The notes under the pieces: generated by a model
The model's database searches: none
Told to the model about the DNA's origin: nothing
Seen by the model: the letters and a program-made list of their open reading frames with translations, nothing else
Position numbers and translations under genes: made by a program
In this document: positions 20,943-35,283 of the stretch, one piece after another
Position numbering within the stretch: the stretch's first letter is position 1
How the letters are laid out: each line of letters begins with the position of its first letter
Source: Bacillota bacterium
GTDB lineage: Bacteria > Bacillota > Sulfobacillia > UBA8153
Reading direction: 5' to 3'
DNA length: 64,000 bases
NCBI GenBank assembly: GCA_040756655.1
Contig: JBFLYN010000012.1
Location: forward strand, 5,098 to 69,097

Positions 20943-22145
20943 TTACTCCACGATCTTGGTGACCACGCCGGCGCCCACGGTGCGCCCGCCCTCGCGGATG
21001 GCAAACCGCATGCCCTCTTCGATGGCTACCGGCGAAATCAACTGCACGTGCATGGTCACGTTATCCCCGGGAATCACCATCTCCACGCCTTCCGGCAGGT
21101 GGATGGACCCGGTCACGTCCGTGGTCCGGATGTAGAACTGCGGCCGGTACCCGTTGAAAAACGGCGTGTGCCGCCCGCCCTCTTCCTTCGACAGCACGAA
21201 CACGCTGGCGTCAAACCTGGTGTGCGGCTTGATGGAGGCCGGCTTGGCCAGGACCTGGCCGCGCTCGATCTCGTCTTTGTCCACGCCCCGCAACAGGCAA
21301 CCTACGTTGTCTCCCGCCATGCCCCGGTCCAATAACTTCCGGAACATCTCCACCCCGGTTACCACCGTCTTGCGCGGCCGCTCCGTGAACCCCACGATCT
21401 CTACTTCGTCCCCGGTCTTCACCATCCCGCGCTCAATCCGGCCGGTTGCCACCGTACCCCGCCCTGTGATGCTGAACACGTCTTCCACAGCCATCAGGAA
21501 CGGCCGGTCCACGTCGCGCACCGGCGTGGGCACATACCGGTCCACCGCGTCCATCAACTCCCAAATGCAGCTGCAATTGGGACATTCCCGCTTGCCGCAA
21601 CCGCAGTTGAGGGCCTTCAGCGCCGAACCCGGTACTACCGGAGTCTCGTCCCCAGGGAACCCGTACTTGTTCAACACGTCCCGGATTTCTAGCTCCACCA
21701 GCTCCAAAAGCTCCGGATCATCGATCATGTCGGCCTTGTTCAAGAACGCCACCATGGCCGGCACCCCTACCTGCCGGGCCAAGAGCACGTGCTCCCGGGT
21801 CTGGGGCATGGCTCCGTCGGCCGCCGACACCACCAGGATGGCCCCGTCCATCTGCGCTGCACCCGTGATCATGTTCTTGATGTAGTCGGCATGCCCCGGG
21901 CAGTCCACGTGGGCGTAGTGCCGGTTGGGAGTCTCGTACTCCACGTGTGCCGTGGCGATGGTGATGCCCCGGGCTTTCTCTTCCGGTGCCTTGTCGATGG
22001 CATCAAACGGGGTAAACTGGGCCAGCCCGGCCGCGGAAAGCACCCGGGTAATAGTCGCCGTCAAAGTGGTCTTCCCGTGGTCGATGTGCCCAATGGTTCC
22101 CACGTTCACATGGGGCTTGGTCCGCTCAAATTTCTTCTTGGCCAA
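20943..22145 (-). CDS. tuf: Elongation factor Tu, copy 1 (str operon)
   Basis: (L)[27 protein letters not shown]...DCPGHADY...NKAD. TTG start at 22145 follows AGGAGG+9 nt. The upstream in-frame ATG abuts the SD. Near-identical to 36875..38077. Confidence 0.97.
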   Translation of the reverse strand: MAKKKFERTKPHVNVGTIGHIDHGKTTLTATITRVLSAAGLAQFTPFDAIDKAPEEKARGITIATAHVEYETPNRHYAHVDCPGHADYIKNMITGAAQMDGAILVVSAADGAMPQTREHVLLARQVGVPAMVAFLNKADMIDDPELLELVELEIRDVLNKYGFPGDETPVVPGSALKALNCGCGKRECPNCSCIWELMDAVDRYVPTPVRDVDRPFLMAVEDVFSITGRGTVATGRIERGMVKTGDEVEIVGFTERPRKTVVTGVEMFRKLLDRGMAGDNVGCLLRGVDKDEIERGQVLAKPASIKPHTRFDASVFVLSKEEGGRHTPFFNGYRPQFYIRTTDVTGSIHLPEGVEMVIPGDNVTMHVQLISPVAIEEGMRFAIREGGRTVGAGVVTKIVE

Positions 22146-22185
22146 CGTGTACATCCTCCTTGCTGTCCATAGTGTGTTTGTCCAC

Positions 22186-24261
22186 TTATCTACCTGTGAT
22201 CCTCGCAATGATCTCCCTGGTGACTTGGTCGGGAGTGGGTTGATAATGGGAAAACTGCATGGTATAGGTTCCCCGGCCCTGGGTCATGGACCTCAAGTCA
22301 GTAGCATAGCCGAACATCTGCGCCAGCGGAACCATCCCGTTAATAACCTGGAGCTTCCCTTTTATATCGACGCCGTTGATCTCGCCTCTCCTGGCCGTCA
22401 GATCGCCCAGCACGTCGCCCATGTAGTCCTCGGGCACCATAACCTCGACTTTCATCATAGGCTCAAGAAGCCTGCTGTTCCCCTCCATGGCGTGCTTGAG
22501 CGCCAGCTGGCCGGCCATGCGGAAAGCCAGCTCCGATGAGTCAACTTCATGGTAGCTGCCGTCGATGAGCGTGGCCTTGATGTCAACCACCGGGTATCCA
22601 ACCAGGGGTCCACCCTGCATGGCGTCGGAAATGCCTGCACGGACTGCGGGGATAAACTCCCTCGGTACGGCTCCCCCAGTTACCGCATCTACAAACTCAA
22701 ATCCGGAACCACGCGGCAGGCTTTCAAACTCTACCACCACGTGGCCATACTGTCCACGGCCGCCAGTCTGCCGTACAAACCGTCCTTCGGTCTTGCAGCT
22801 CTTGACCAGGGTTTCCTTGTAGGCTACCTGTGGTTTGCCGACGTTGGCCTCGACTTTGAACTCGCGGACTAACCGGTCTACGATGATCTCCAAGTGCAAC
22901 TCGCCCATGCCAGAGATGATCACCTGGCCCGTTTCGGCGTCCACGTGGCTGGTAAACGTGGGGTCTTCGTCGCTCAGGATGTTGAGGGTCGCGCCCAGCT
23001 TATCCTGGTCGGCCTTGGTACGCGGCTCAACAGCCACCGAGATCACCGGCTGGGGGAACTCCATGGATTCCAGCACGATCTGGTGCTTTTCGTCGCAAAG
23101 CGTGTGCCCGGTGGATGTATGCCTAAGCCCGACGGTGGCGGCGATATCGCCCGCCATCACTTCCGGGATGTCGGCCCGGTGATTGGCGTGCATTTGCAGG
23201 ATGCGACTGACTCTCTCCTTCACACCCCGGCTGGAATTATAGATGTAGCTTCCAGAGGTCAGCACACCCGAATATACCCGGAAGAAGGTCAGCTTGCCCA
23301 TGTAGGGGTCGGCCATGATCTTGAACGCCAGGGCGCAGAAAGGCTGATCGTCTCCCGCCATCCGGACTTCCTGCCCAGAAGTGACCGGATTCTGACCCAC
23401 CACAGGTGGTACGTCCAGCGGAGAAGGGAGGTAGTTCACGATCGCATCGAGCAGGCGCTGCACCCCACGATTACGGTAGGCCGATCCACAGAGCACGGGC
23501 ACAAGGGCGGCCTTGAGAGTGCCGCGCCTGATGGCGGCGATAAGCTCGTCAGCGGTGACTTCCCGGCCATCAATGTACTTCTCCATGAGGCTGTCGTCAA
23601 AATCAGCGGCTGCTTCCACCAGGGTATCGCGCTTGGCACGGCAGAGGTCTTGCAGCTCCGCCGGGACTTCCTTCTCATCGCTACGGGTACCGAGTTCGTC
23701 CACGTAGTAAATGGCCTTCATGTTAACAAGATCAACAACGCCCGAGAAGGTTTCCTCGGCTCCTATGGGCACCTGCACCGCCACGGGCCTGGCCTGCAGC
23801 TTGCTGGTGATACCCTTGATGACTCCAAAAAAGTCTGCGCCGACAATGTCCATTTTGTTCACAAAAGCAATGCGGGGGATCTGGTACCGGTCGGCCTGCC
23901 GCCACACAGTCTCTGACTGGGGTTCGACACCACCCTTGGCACAGAATATGGCCACAGCGCCATCTAGCACGCGCAAAGACCGCTCAACTTCCATCGTGAA
24001 GTCCACGTGGCCTGGTGTGTCTATAATGTTGATCCTATGGTCCTTCCAATAACAGGTCGTGGCCGCGGAGGTAATGGTGATCCCGCGTTCCTGCTCCTGG
24101 ACCATCCAGTCCATGGTCGCCGAACCTTCATGTACTTCACCCATGCGGTGGACCCGTCCGGTGTAAAACAGGATGCGTTCGGTGGTGGTAGTCTTCCCGG
24201 CATCGATATGGGCCATGATCCCTATGTTCCTTACCATAGGCAGTTGGTGTGTTCTGGGCAT
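22186..24261 (-). CDS. fusA: Elongation factor G
   Basis: 691 aa with [31 protein letters not shown] and GSYHEVDSS motifs. Confidence 0.97.
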   Translation of the reverse strand: MPRTHQLPMVRNIGIMAHIDAGKTTTTERILFYTGRVHRMGEVHEGSATMDWMVQEQERGITITSAATTCYWKDHRINIIDTPGHVDFTMEVERSLRVLDGAVAIFCAKGGVEPQSETVWRQADRYQIPRIAFVNKMDIVGADFFGVIKGITSKLQARPVAVQVPIGAEETFSGVVDLVNMKAIYYVDELGTRSDEKEVPAELQDLCRAKRDTLVEAAADFDDSLMEKYIDGREVTADELIAAIRRGTLKAALVPVLCGSAYRNRGVQRLLDAIVNYLPSPLDVPPVVGQNPVTSGQEVRMAGDDQPFCALAFKIMADPYMGKLTFFRVYSGVLTSGSYIYNSSRGVKERVSRILQMHANHRADIPEVMAGDIAATVGLRHTSTGHTLCDEKHQIVLESMEFPQPVISVAVEPRTKADQDKLGATLNILSDEDPTFTSHVDAETGQVIISGMGELHLEIIVDRLVREFKVEANVGKPQVAYKETLVKSCKTEGRFVRQTGGRGQYGHVVVEFESLPRGSGFEFVDAVTGGAVPREFIPAVRAGISDAMQGGPLVGYPVVDIKATLIDGSYHEVDSSELAFRMAGQLALKHAMEGNSRLLEPMMKVEVMVPEDYMGDVLGDLTARRGEINGVDIKGKLQVINGMVPLAQMFGYATDLRSMTQGRGTYTMQFSHYQPTPDQVTREIIARITGR

Positions 24262-24302
24262 GTCGTCCCCCCCCTCCTAGCGGCCTGGTCCGGCCTTGAT
24301 TA

Positions 24303-24773
24303 TTACCAGCGGTAATGGGCGAAGGCCTTGTTGGCTTCGGCCATGCGGTGAGTTTCTTCCTTGCGCTTGACCGTGGCTCCCGTGTTGTTGGCACAGTCCA
24401 GGAGTTCACCGGCCAGGCGCTCATCCATGGTGCGCTCATTGCGCGCCCGGGCATGCCTCACCAGCCAGCGCATGGCCAGTGCCCAACGGCGCTCGGCGCG
24501 AACCTCCACGGGTACCTGGTACGTAGCACCTCCGACCCGCCTCGGCCTGACTTCTAGCACCGGCATGGCGTTTTTGAGTGCCTGCTCAAAGACGCCGAGG
24601 GGGTCTTTCCCGGTCTTCTCCTTGATGATCTCCAATGCACCGTATACCTGCTTTTGGGCTACGGATTTCTCCCCGTCAAGCATGATCTTGTTGATAAACC
24701 TGGCTAGTGTGTCGCTCCCGTACACCGGGTCAGGGATGATGCTCCTGCGGGACACGCGTCCCCTTCTGGGCAC
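24303..24773 (-). CDS. rpsG: 30S ribosomal protein S7
   Basis: [19 protein letters not shown]... Confidence 0.97.
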   Translation of the reverse strand: MPRRGRVSRRSIIPDPVYGSDTLARFINKIMLDGEKSVAQKQVYGALEIIKEKTGKDPLGVFEQALKNAMPVLEVRPRRVGGATYQVPVEVRAERRWALAMRWLVRHARARNERTMDERLAGELLDCANNTGATVKRKEETHRMAEANKAFAHYRW

Positions 24774-24794
24774 ACGCCTTCCCCCCTTTCTTGG

Positions 24795-25169
24795 CTACTT
24801 CTTAGGCCGCTTGGCTCCATATTTCGAACGCGCCTTAGCCCGCTTCTGGACTCCTGCCGTGTCCAGTGTTCCCCTTACAATATGGTACCTAACACCAGGG
24901 ACGTCCTTGACGCGACCTCCACGGACCAAAACCACCGAATGCTCCTGAAGGTTATGACCGATCCCGGGAATGTACGCTGTAACCTCCCGGCCGTTGGTCA
25001 ACCTCACTCGGGCAATCTTCCTGAGAGCGGAATTCGGCTTCTTGGGCGTCGTGGTCTTCACCACTGTACAGACACCACGCCTGAACGGGTTGGCCTTTAG
25101 GTCCGGGGCCTTAGACTTCTTCCTGACTTCGGCGCGACCCATCCTAACCAGCTGGCTGATCGTCGGCAT
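24795..25169 (-). CDS. rpsL: 30S ribosomal protein S12
   Basis: [24 protein letters not shown]...[10 protein letters not shown]... ATG 25169 follows GGAAGGAGG. The longer ORF is an extension into the upstream gene. Confidence 0.97.
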   Translation of the reverse strand: MPTISQLVRMGRAEVRKKSKAPDLKANPFRRGVCTVVKTTTPKKPNSALRKIARVRLTNGREVTAYIPGIGHNLQEHSVVLVRGGRVKDVPGVRYHIVRGTLDTAGVQKRAKARSKYGAKRPKK

Positions 25170-25236
25170 GCTGCACCTCCTTCCGCACACAAATACGCCC
25201 ACCAGACGCATAGCGCGAGCGGGCGTTGGATGGCTG

Positions 25237-25485
25237 CTATCCCTCAATAATGGCCGCTGATGCGGCACCTACCTGGATCCCACATGCTTTTCCCAAAGCC
25301 GCCATGGACTCAACATATACAATTTCGATCTCGTTTTCAGTGCACCGTCGCACGAGATCTCGCAACACTCTTTCATCGGCATCTTGTGCAAGGAATACGA
25401 CCCTCGCGGTCCCTCGCTCGACGGCCTTCAGCGTCTGCTTGGTCCCTACCGTCCTCTGCCTGGCCGCCTTGAGTCGCTCGGCCAT
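25237..25485 (-). CDS. L7Ae-family ribosome-associated protein (YbxF/RplGB-like)
   Basis: 82 aa, ...[29 protein letters not shown]...[17 protein letters not shown]. It sits in the conserved position between rpoC and rpsL. Confidence 0.85.
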   Translation of the reverse strand: MAERLKAARQRTVGTKQTLKAVERGTARVVFLAQDADERVLRDLVRRCTENEIEIVYVESMAALGKACGIQVGAASAAIIEG

Positions 25486-25516
25486 GGGTGTACCTCCTCT
25501 GCAAAGACACTTTTAT

Positions 25517-25545
25517 ATTCTAGCACCATTGTCTGCATGTGTCAA
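25517..25545 (-). promoter_or_regulatory. Sigma-A-type promoter of the L7Ae-rpsL-rpsG-fusA-tuf (str) operon
   Basis: Minus strand reads TTGACA-17 nt-TAGAAT, about 25 nt upstream of the GAGGAGG SD. Confidence 0.6.
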
Positions 25546-25549
25546 CGAA

Positions 25550-25578
25550 CTCCCGGGCCGGCCATCCCGGCCCGGGAG
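25550..25578 (-). terminator. Stem-loop downstream of rpoC
   Basis: ctcccgggccgg-ccatc-ccggcccgggag is a perfect 12-bp stem, 9 nt after the rpoC stop. The T-tract is weak. Confidence 0.5.
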
Positions 25579-25586
25579 CCATGTGA

Positions 25587-29084
<3,498 letters not shown>

Positions 29085-29118
29085 GGGTCCAGACCCCCTC
29101 AGAATATTTCACTAGGCT

Positions 29119-32100
29119 TCACGCCAGCGGGTCGTCTTCCTCGTCGTCTTCGTTAAGATCAACATCTTTGAGCCGCCTCAGATACCTGAGGTCATCCATA
29201 TCGTCGCTGTCCCAACGCCGGCGGCGGCCGGCATCCCTCGCCAACGCCGAGCGCTTCTTGCGCCGTCCCAATTCGCGCTGCTCTTCTTCCTCGGCCGCCT
29301 CAACAGGAAGCGCTTCTTCATCCTCCACATCCATGAGGTCAGCGTCGAGGTCCTCCTCCTCGTCCTCTTCTTCGGGAAGGGGTCCAAAAAGCCGGGCCAG
29401 GTCGGGCATGGGCCGGTCCCCGAGGGGACGCTCCGTGGGACGAGGCACGGGCGCTGGTTCCTCCGGCAGCTCTTCGGGAAGCGGTTCCACGGGCCGCAGC
29501 GGAGGAGCGACCGGTTCGTCTTCTTCAAAGGTCTCCTCTGGCTCAAAGGCAGCCTCCACTTCCTCCTCATCCTCATCGTCGTCCGGCGGCAAGATCGCCT
29601 CCCGGGCGGGCTGCCTGAGCTGGCGCCTGTCTTCCTCGCCTTCGATGGCCAAATCCAGCTCGCGAGCGGTTTCCACGATGTCCTCGTCGGTCTCCCGGAT
29701 CTCGATCTCGCGCGCATCCTCGGCCAGCACTTTGACGTCCAATGCCAGGCTCTGCAGTTCCTTGATGAGTACCTTAAAGGATTCCGGCACACCGGGTTCG
29801 GGCACATTCTCGCCCTTTACGATGGCCTCGTAAGTCCTAACCCGGCCGACCACGTCGTCGGACTTGACCGTCAAAAGCTCCTGCAGGGTGTAGGCAGCAC
29901 CGTAGGCCTCCAGGGCCCATACCTCCATCTCTCCGAAGCGCTGGCCACCGAACTGGGCCTTGCCGCCCAGAGGCTGCTGCGTGACCAGGGAATACGGTCC
30001 GGTGGACCGGGCATGGATTTTGTCGTCCACCAGGTGGGCCAGTTTCATCATGTACACGTAGCCCACTGTCACCCGGTTATCGAAGGGAAGCCCCGACCTG
30101 CCGTCGAACAAGGTGGTCTTGCCATCGGGAGACAAGTTCGCCCGGGCCAAGAACCTATCGATATCTTCCTCGGTGGCACCGTCAAACACCGGACTTGCCA
30201 CCCTGCACCCGATGATGTTCGCCGCCCATCCCAGATGGCACTCGAGTATCTGGCCCAGGTTCATGCGGGACGGCACTCCCAGCGGGTTTAGCACGATCTC
30301 CACGGGAGTCCCATCGGGAAGAAACGGCATGTCTTCCTCGGGTAGGATGCGGGCGATGACGCCCTTATTGCCGTGCCTACCGGCCATCTTATCTCCTTCG
30401 GAGATCTTGCGCTTTTGAGCAATATAGACCCGCACCAGCTGGTTGACACCCGGGGCCAGCTCGTCGCCGCTTTCGCGGTTGAACACTTTCACATCAACGA
30501 CGATGCCGCTTTCACCGTGGGGCACCCGCAGGGAAGTATCCCTAACTTCGCGTGCCTTCTCGCCGAAAATGGCACGAAGAAGCCTCTCTTCCGCCGTGAG
30601 CTCAGTCTCACCCTTGGGCGTGACCTTCCCTACCAGGATATCCCCGGTACGAACCTCGGCACCGATGCGGATGATGCCACGTTCGTCCAGATCCTTGAGC
30701 ACATCCTCTCCCACGTTGGGAATGTCGCGGGTGATCTCCTCCGGACCCAGCTTGGTGTCCCGGGCTTCCGCTTCATACTCTTCGATATGAATAGAAGTGA
30801 AGGTGTCTTCTCGTACCAGCCGTTCGGATATGAGAATGGCATCCTCGTAGTTGTACCCTTCCCAGGGCATAAAGGCCACCAGGATGTTCTTGCCCAGTGC
30901 CAGTTCTCCGTGGTAAGTCGAGGGTCCATCGGCTACAAGATCGCCTTCATGGACATATTGGCCCTTGGTAACTACGGGTTTTTGGTTCATGCAAGTACCC
31001 TGGTTGGACCGGGCGAACTTCATGAGCCGGTAACGGTCATGCTGTCCATCGGCGGTCCGTATCAGTATTTCTTCGGCAGTGGCGCGCTCCACTATGCCCG
31101 CCCTCTTGGCAAATACCACCACTCCAGAGTCCTGGGCGGCCTTGAACTCCACCCCCGTCCCCACCAGAGGAGACTCGGGCTGGAGCAGGGGCACGGCCTG
31201 GCGTTGCATGTTCGAACCCATTAGCGCCCGGTTGGCATCATCATTCTCGAGAAACGGGATCAAAGCAGTGGCGATACTCACCACCTGCTTGGGCGAGACG
31301 TCCATGTGGTCGACTTGCTCCACTGGGACTTCCTTAATGTCGTGCTTGAACCGGGCCGATACCCTCCGCCTTACGAACCTCCCCTCTTCATCGAGGGGTT
31401 CGTTGGCCTGGGCGATGACACACTCATCTTCCTCATCAGCCGTGAGATAGACGATCTCGTTGGTCACCACTTGCTGCTCCTGGTTCACCCGGCGGTAGGG
31501 GGTCTCAATGAAACCGTATTCATTGATCCTGGCGTATGTGGAGAGCCCACCGATGAGGCCGATGTTAGGACCTTCCGGGGTCTCTATGGGACACATCCGA
31601 CCGTAGTGCGAATGGTGGACGTCCCGGACTTCAAACCCGGCCCGGTCGCGGCTAAGACCTCCCGGGCCCAGGGCGCTCAAGCGCCTCTTGTGAGTGAGCT
31701 CAGCCAGCGGGTTAGTCTGGTCCATGAACTGGGACAGCTGGCTGGATCCAAAGAACTCCTTTACCGCTGCCACCACCGGCCTGATGTTGATCAGGGCCTG
31801 AGGAGTGATAATATCCACGTCCTGGATGGTCATACGCTCACGCACAACCCGCTCCATACGAGAAAGACCGATCCGGAATTGGTTTTGCAGCAGTTCTCCC
31901 ACGGACTTAAGCCTGCGATTCCCCAGGTGATCAATGTCATCAATCTCACCCACGCCTTTGAACAGGCCAAAGAGGTAGTTCACGCAGGCTACGATATCTT
32001 CCCTGGTGATAATTTTGGTATCTATTCTGGGGGTACCGTTGGAGATGACCCGCACCACGTTGCCCTCGCGAGTCTGCACATCCACCCGGGTCAGCCCCGC

Positions 32101-33054
32101 TTCGTCCATGCGGATGGCAGTGGCCCGCTCGATGAGGCTGCCCCGGGCGGCAAGTACTTCCCCGGTCCCGGGGTGAACTATGTCTTCGATGGCGTAGGTG
32201 CCCATGGCCCGGCGCCGGAGAGAAAGCTTCTTATTGAACTTGTACCGCCCGACGCTGGCAAGGTCGTAGCGCTTGGGGTCGAAAAACAGGCTGTTCAGAA
32301 GCGTGCGAGCACTATCAACCGTGGGCGGCTCGCCCGGGCGCAGTCGCTTGTATACTTCAATAAGGGCATCGTCCGTGGACTTGGTGCCATCTTTGTCCAG
32401 GGTATTCTTGACCTGGGTGGTCTCACCCAGAAGGTCCAGGATCTGCTCATCGGTGCTGTATCCCAGGGCTCGTAGGAGTACGGTGGCCGGAAGCTTGCGG
32501 GTACGGTCTACACGCACGTATACGATGTCGGAAGGATCGGTCTCAAACTCAAGCCAGGCGCCCCGGTTAGGTATTATGGTGGCGAAAAACAACCGGTGGC
32601 CACTGGTGTCGATCTGCTCGGAGTAGTAGGCACCGGGAGAGCGCACCAGCTGGCTGACGATGACTCTTTCTGCGCCGTTGATGACGAAGGTGCCCTTATC
32701 CGTCATTAGCGGGAAGTCCCCCATGAACACCTCTTGTTCCTTGACTTCCCCGGTTTCTTTGTTGATCAGGCGTACCTTGACGCGGAGAGGGGCAGCGTAG
32801 TTGACGTCGCGCTCTTTGCACTCTTCCACCTGGTATTTTGGTTCGCCGAGAGAGTAGTCGGTAAACTCCAAAACCAGCTTTTCCGTGAAATCCTGTATGG
32901 GCGAGATGTCACGGAAAATCTCGCGCAGTCCCTCCTTGAGGAACCACTCATAGGAGTTCTGCTGGATGGCGATGAGATTGGGCATGGGCAACACTTCACG
33001 GATGCGGGAAAAACTGATACGTTCTGGATTGCGGGCCTGGACGGGCAGGGCCAT
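29119..33054 (-). CDS. rpoB: DNA-directed RNA polymerase subunit beta, with a long acidic C-terminal extension
   Basis: About 1311 aa with canonical beta motifs (e.g. [13 protein letters not shown]). ATG 33054 follows AAGGAGG+7 nt. About 200 residues follow the conserved ...SLALDVKVL segment. Confidence 0.95.
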   Translation of the reverse strand: MALPVQARNPERISFSRIREVLPMPNLIAIQQNSYEWFLKEGLREIFRDISPIQDFTEKLVLEFTDYSLGEPKYQVEECKERDVNYAAPLRVKVRLINKETGEVKEQEVFMGDFPLMTDKGTFVINGAERVIVSQLVRSPGAYYSEQIDTSGHRLFFATIIPNRGAWLEFETDPSDIVYVRVDRTRKLPATVLLRALGYSTDEQILDLLGETTQVKNTLDKDGTKSTDDALIEVYKRLRPGEPPTVDSARTLLNSLFFDPKRYDLASVGRYKFNKKLSLRRRAMGTYAIEDIVHPGTGEVLAARGSLIERATAIRMDEAGLTRVDVQTREGNVVRVISNGTPRIDTKIITREDIVACVNYLFGLFKGVGEIDDIDHLGNRRLKSVGELLQNQFRIGLSRMERVVRERMTIQDVDIITPQALINIRPVVAAVKEFFGSSQLSQFMDQTNPLAELTHKRRLSALGPGGLSRDRAGFEVRDVHHSHYGRMCPIETPEGPNIGLIGGLSTYARINEYGFIETPYRRVNQEQQVVTNEIVYLTADEEDECVIAQANEPLDEEGRFVRRRVSARFKHDIKEVPVEQVDHMDVSPKQVVSIATALIPFLENDDANRALMGSNMQRQAVPLLQPESPLVGTGVEFKAAQDSGVVVFAKRAGIVERATAEEILIRTADGQHDRYRLMKFARSNQGTCMNQKPVVTKGQYVHEGDLVADGPSTYHGELALGKNILVAFMPWEGYNYEDAILISERLVREDTFTSIHIEEYEAEARDTKLGPEEITRDIPNVGEDVLKDLDERGIIRIGAEVRTGDILVGKVTPKGETELTAEERLLRAIFGEKAREVRDTSLRVPHGESGIVVDVKVFNRESGDELAPGVNQLVRVYIAQKRKISEGDKMAGRHGNKGVIARILPEEDMPFLPDGTPVEIVLNPLGVPSRMNLGQILECHLGWAANIIGCRVASPVFDGATEEDIDRFLARANLSPDGKTTLFDGRSGLPFDNRVTVGYVYMMKLAHLVDDKIHARSTGPYSLVTQQPLGGKAQFGGQRFGEMEVWALEAYGAAYTLQELLTVKSDDVVGRVRTYEAIVKGENVPEPGVPESFKVLIKELQSLALDVKVLAEDAREIEIRETDEDIVETARELDLAIEGEEDRRQLRQPAREAILPPDDDEDEEEVEAAFEPEETFEEDEPVAPPLRPVEPLPEELPEEPAPVPRPTERPLGDRPMPDLARLFGPLPEEEDEEEDLDADLMDVEDEEALPVEAAEEEEQRELGRRKKRSALARDAGRRRRWDSDDMDDLRYLRRLKDVDLNEDDEEDDPLA

Positions 33055-33117
33055 CAACGCTCCTCCTTATACGTCGTAGTCTCAGAGCGTCTCCAAAGAC
33101 ATTCCACGGACGAGGGA

Positions 33118-33147
33118 CAAAAAAGAAACAAATCCGGCAGTAGCCGG
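33118..33147 (-). promoter_or_regulatory. Possible weak attenuator in the rpoB leader
   Basis: Minus strand reads CCGGC-TACT-GCCGG followed by ATTTGTTTCTTTTTTG. The stem is short, so this is tentative. Confidence 0.25.
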
Positions 33148-33265
33148 TCCCCGGGGCGCTCAACGTCCCAGGTGCCTTACTTTTCCAGCGATAAACAAGC
33201 TTACCCTGTTTCCCGCAGAATGATACACTGGGTGCCTCAAGTTCGCAATACGATGGCAATGTATA

Positions 33266-33294
33266 ATAGTATCATAGCCTTTGGGGTCAGTCAA
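33266..33294 (-). promoter_or_regulatory. Candidate sigma-A promoter for rpoB-rpoC
   Basis: Minus strand reads TTGACT-17 nt-TACTAT, about 210 nt upstream of the rpoB start and downstream of the rplL terminator. Confidence 0.45.
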
Positions 33295-33323
33295 TAGAGA
33301 TCACCAAATCTGCCATGGCAAAA

Positions 33324-33353
33324 GTCCGGCCAGCGCGTGTGCCCTGGCCGGAC
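33324..33353 (-). terminator. Intrinsic terminator or attenuator after rplL
   Basis: gtccggccag-10 nt loop-ctggccggac is followed on the minus strand by TTTTG. Its position matches the classical rplL-rpoB attenuator. Confidence 0.6.
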
Positions 33354-33371
33354 CCATTCCCAGCCTCTTAA

Positions 33372-33752
33372 CTACTTCACTTCGGCGGTGCCGCCGGCTT
33401 CCACGAGCTTTTGCTTGACGGATTCGGCATCCCGCTTGGAGATCTTCTCCTTGACTGCCTTGGGGACACCCTCCACCAGATCCTTGGCTTCCTTCAGTCC
33501 CAGTCCGGTCAGCTCGCGAACAACCTTGATGACCTGGACCTTCTTGTCGCCAAAGCCTGTGAGGATCACATCAAACTCGGTCTGTTCCTCCTCGGGTGGA
33601 GCTGCCTCGGCAGCCTGGGCCGCCGGGGCGGCCGCCATCACCGGGGCAGCAGCCGAAACACCAAACTCCTGCTCAAATGCCTTAACCAGTTCGGCCAGTT
33701 CAACTACGGTCATGCCCTTAACAATCTCCAGAACCTGCTCTACCTTGGTCAC
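33372..33752 (-). CDS. rplL: 50S ribosomal protein L7/L12
   Basis: [32 protein letters not shown]...[10 protein letters not shown]... GTG 33752 follows GGAGG+7 nt. Confidence 0.95.
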   Translation of the reverse strand: MTKVEQVLEIVKGMTVVELAELVKAFEQEFGVSAAAPVMAAAPAAQAAEAAPPEEEQTEFDVILTGFGDKKVQVIKVVRELTGLGLKEAKDLVEGVPKAVKEKISKRDAESVKQKLVEAGGTAEVK

Positions 33753-33783
33753 AGTAGCACCTCCATGTTCAAGTAGGATAAAC

Positions 33784-34320
33784 TCAAGCGGCTTCCTCAC
33801 GCTGTTTGCGCAAAGCTTCCACAGCCACGGTCAGACCGCGCACGGGAGCGGCCAACACCGAGGCCAGTCCGGTCATAGGGGACATAAAGGCGCCCAGTAC
33901 CCGGCCCAGCAACACCTCGCGCGACGGCAGCGTGGCCAGCGCCTTAACATCATCGGCAACGATGATCCTTCCGCTCAATACTCCTGCCTTGATGATCAGC
34001 TGGCGGTTTTCTGCCGCAAAAGCAGTTAACACCTTGGCGGGAGCAACTGGGTCATCATAACCGAGGGCCAGTGCCGTGGGGCCGGCAAGATAGGGATCCA
34101 TTCCCGTGATGCCGACCTTTTCGGCAGCAAAGTGCACCAGGCTGTTCTTCACCACCCGGTATTCCACGCCAGCTTCGCGCAAGTTCCTGCGCAGTCTGGT
34201 CATGGCCGCAACGTTAAGCCCGCGGTAATCGGTGATGATCACCGATTGGGCCCGGCGCAAGGTATGCACAAGTTCTTCTACGGCCTCAAGTTTCTCTGCG
34301 CGGACGGCTTTGCCCTCCAA
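33784..34320 (-). CDS. rplJ: 50S ribosomal protein L10
   Basis: ...[42 protein letters not shown]... TTG start follows GGAGGTG. Confidence 0.95.
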   Translation of the reverse strand: MEGKAVRAEKLEAVEELVHTLRRAQSVIITDYRGLNVAAMTRLRRNLREAGVEYRVVKNSLVHFAAEKVGITGMDPYLAGPTALALGYDDPVAPAKVLTAFAAENRQLIIKAGVLSGRIIVADDVKALATLPSREVLLGRVLGAFMSPMTGLASVLAAPVRGLTVAVEALRKQREEAA

Positions 34321-34479
34321 CTCAGCACCTCCATTTCTGGCAGACTGGTAAAATAAGGCCCCCGCGTAGACAAGCGGAGGCCAGAATGCTCAGGTTCTCG
34401 CGCCTCGGCCGGCGGTCCTTGACCATTAAACCCCGGAGGGTACCTGCTGTCTACGGCCTATGAGGTTTGATGCCGGCTC
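34321..34479 (-). ncRNA. rplJ 5' leader with an internal terminator-like hairpin (L10-leader-type autoregulatory element, inferred)
   Basis: About 150-nt untranslated leader between the promoter and rplJ. The hairpin at 34357..34382 (GGCCTCCGC-8 nt-GCGGGGGCC on the minus strand) is followed by TTATTTTA. L10 leaders with attenuators are known in Firmicutes. No covariance-model search was possible. Confidence 0.45.
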
Positions 34480-34508
34480 ATAATACCATAAATCCGGGCG
34501 CTGTGCAA
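34480..34508 (-). promoter_or_regulatory. Sigma-A promoter of rplJ-rplL
   Basis: Minus strand reads TTGCAC-17 nt-TATTAT with an extended TG, immediately downstream of the rplA stop. Confidence 0.55.
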
Positions 34509-34513
34509 CATCC

Positions 34514-35224
34514 TCAGGAAACTTGCTCTCGCCTGGATACTCGCAGTGGGTTAACGGAAATCCCGGGTCCCATGGTCGACGACAGGGTGACTCCTCGGAT
34601 GTACTGGCCGCGGGCCGCCGCCGGCTTGGCCTTGACCAAGGCTTCAATCAGAGTGTAGAAGTTTTCCAAGAGCTTCTCACTAGCAAAAGACGCCTTGCCA
34701 ATGGGTGCGTGGATGATGCCCGTCTTCTCGGTGCGGTACTCGATTTTGCCGGCCTTCACTTCGCGGACGGCGCTGGCCACTTCAAACGTGACGGTGCCGG
34801 ACTTGGGGTTCGGCATGAGCCCGCGGGGCCCGAGCACCCGACCCAACCGGCCCACCACACCCATCATGTCGGGCGTGGCAATGGCCACGTCAAACCCAAG
34901 CCAGCCTTCCTGGATCCTCTGGATTACATCCTCAGCACCGACAAAATCGGCACCAGCCGCCTCGGCCTCTTTCGCCTTGTCTCCCTTGGCAAAGACCAGC
35001 ACTTTGCGCTCCTTGCCGGTACCATGAGGGAGCACCACGGCGCCGCGGACCATCTGGTCGGCATGCCGCGGGTCCACACCCAGGCGGACCGCGCATTCCA
35101 CTGTTTCGTCGAACTTTGCCCTGGCCGTGGACTTCACCAGTTCAACAGCTGCAGGCGGGTCATAGAGTTTGACCGGATCTACCAGTTTCTTGGCTTCGGC
35201 AAGCCTCTTACCAGCAATCGCCAT
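34514..35224 (-). CDS. rplA: 50S ribosomal protein L1
   Basis: [23 protein letters not shown]...[16 protein letters not shown]... Confidence 0.97.
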   Translation of the reverse strand: MAIAGKRLAEAKKLVDPVKLYDPPAAVELVKSTARAKFDETVECAVRLGVDPRHADQMVRGAVVLPHGTGKERKVLVFAKGDKAKEAEAAGADFVGAEDVIQRIQEGWLGFDVAIATPDMMGVVGRLGRVLGPRGLMPNPKSGTVTFEVASAVREVKAGKIEYRTEKTGIIHAPIGKASFASEKLLENFYTLIEALVKAKPAAARGQYIRGVTLSSTMGPGISVNPLRVSRREQVS

Positions 35225-35283
35225 TTCCCCGTTCCTCCTTGTGGTATTAGCGGACTCTTGGTCCTCCCACTTCTGATGGTGTG

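Noticed and set aside
20448-21335. 295-aa plus-strand ORF, plus its near-duplicate 36851..37267
   Set aside because: It is antisense to rpsJ and tuf. It is duplicated only because tuf is duplicated.
22146-22208. N-terminal extension of tuf copy 1 in the ORF track (and 38078..38104 for copy 2)
   Set aside because: The SD AGGAGG sits inside the extension, and the conserved EF-Tu N-terminus ([11 protein letters not shown]) starts at TTG 22145 / ATG 38077.
22894-23916. 340-aa plus-strand ORF
   Set aside because: It is antisense to fusA and has shadow-frame composition.
29168-29833. 221-aa Ser-rich plus-strand ORF, and a 209-aa alternate-frame minus ORF (29178..29807)
   Set aside because: Both are shadows of the GAG/GAA/GAC-rich repeat DNA that encodes the acidic RpoB tail. 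Open frames in all phases are expected there.
30373-32475. 283-aa and 389-aa plus-strand ORFs
   Set aside because: They are antisense to the most conserved part of rpoB, with no independent start signals.
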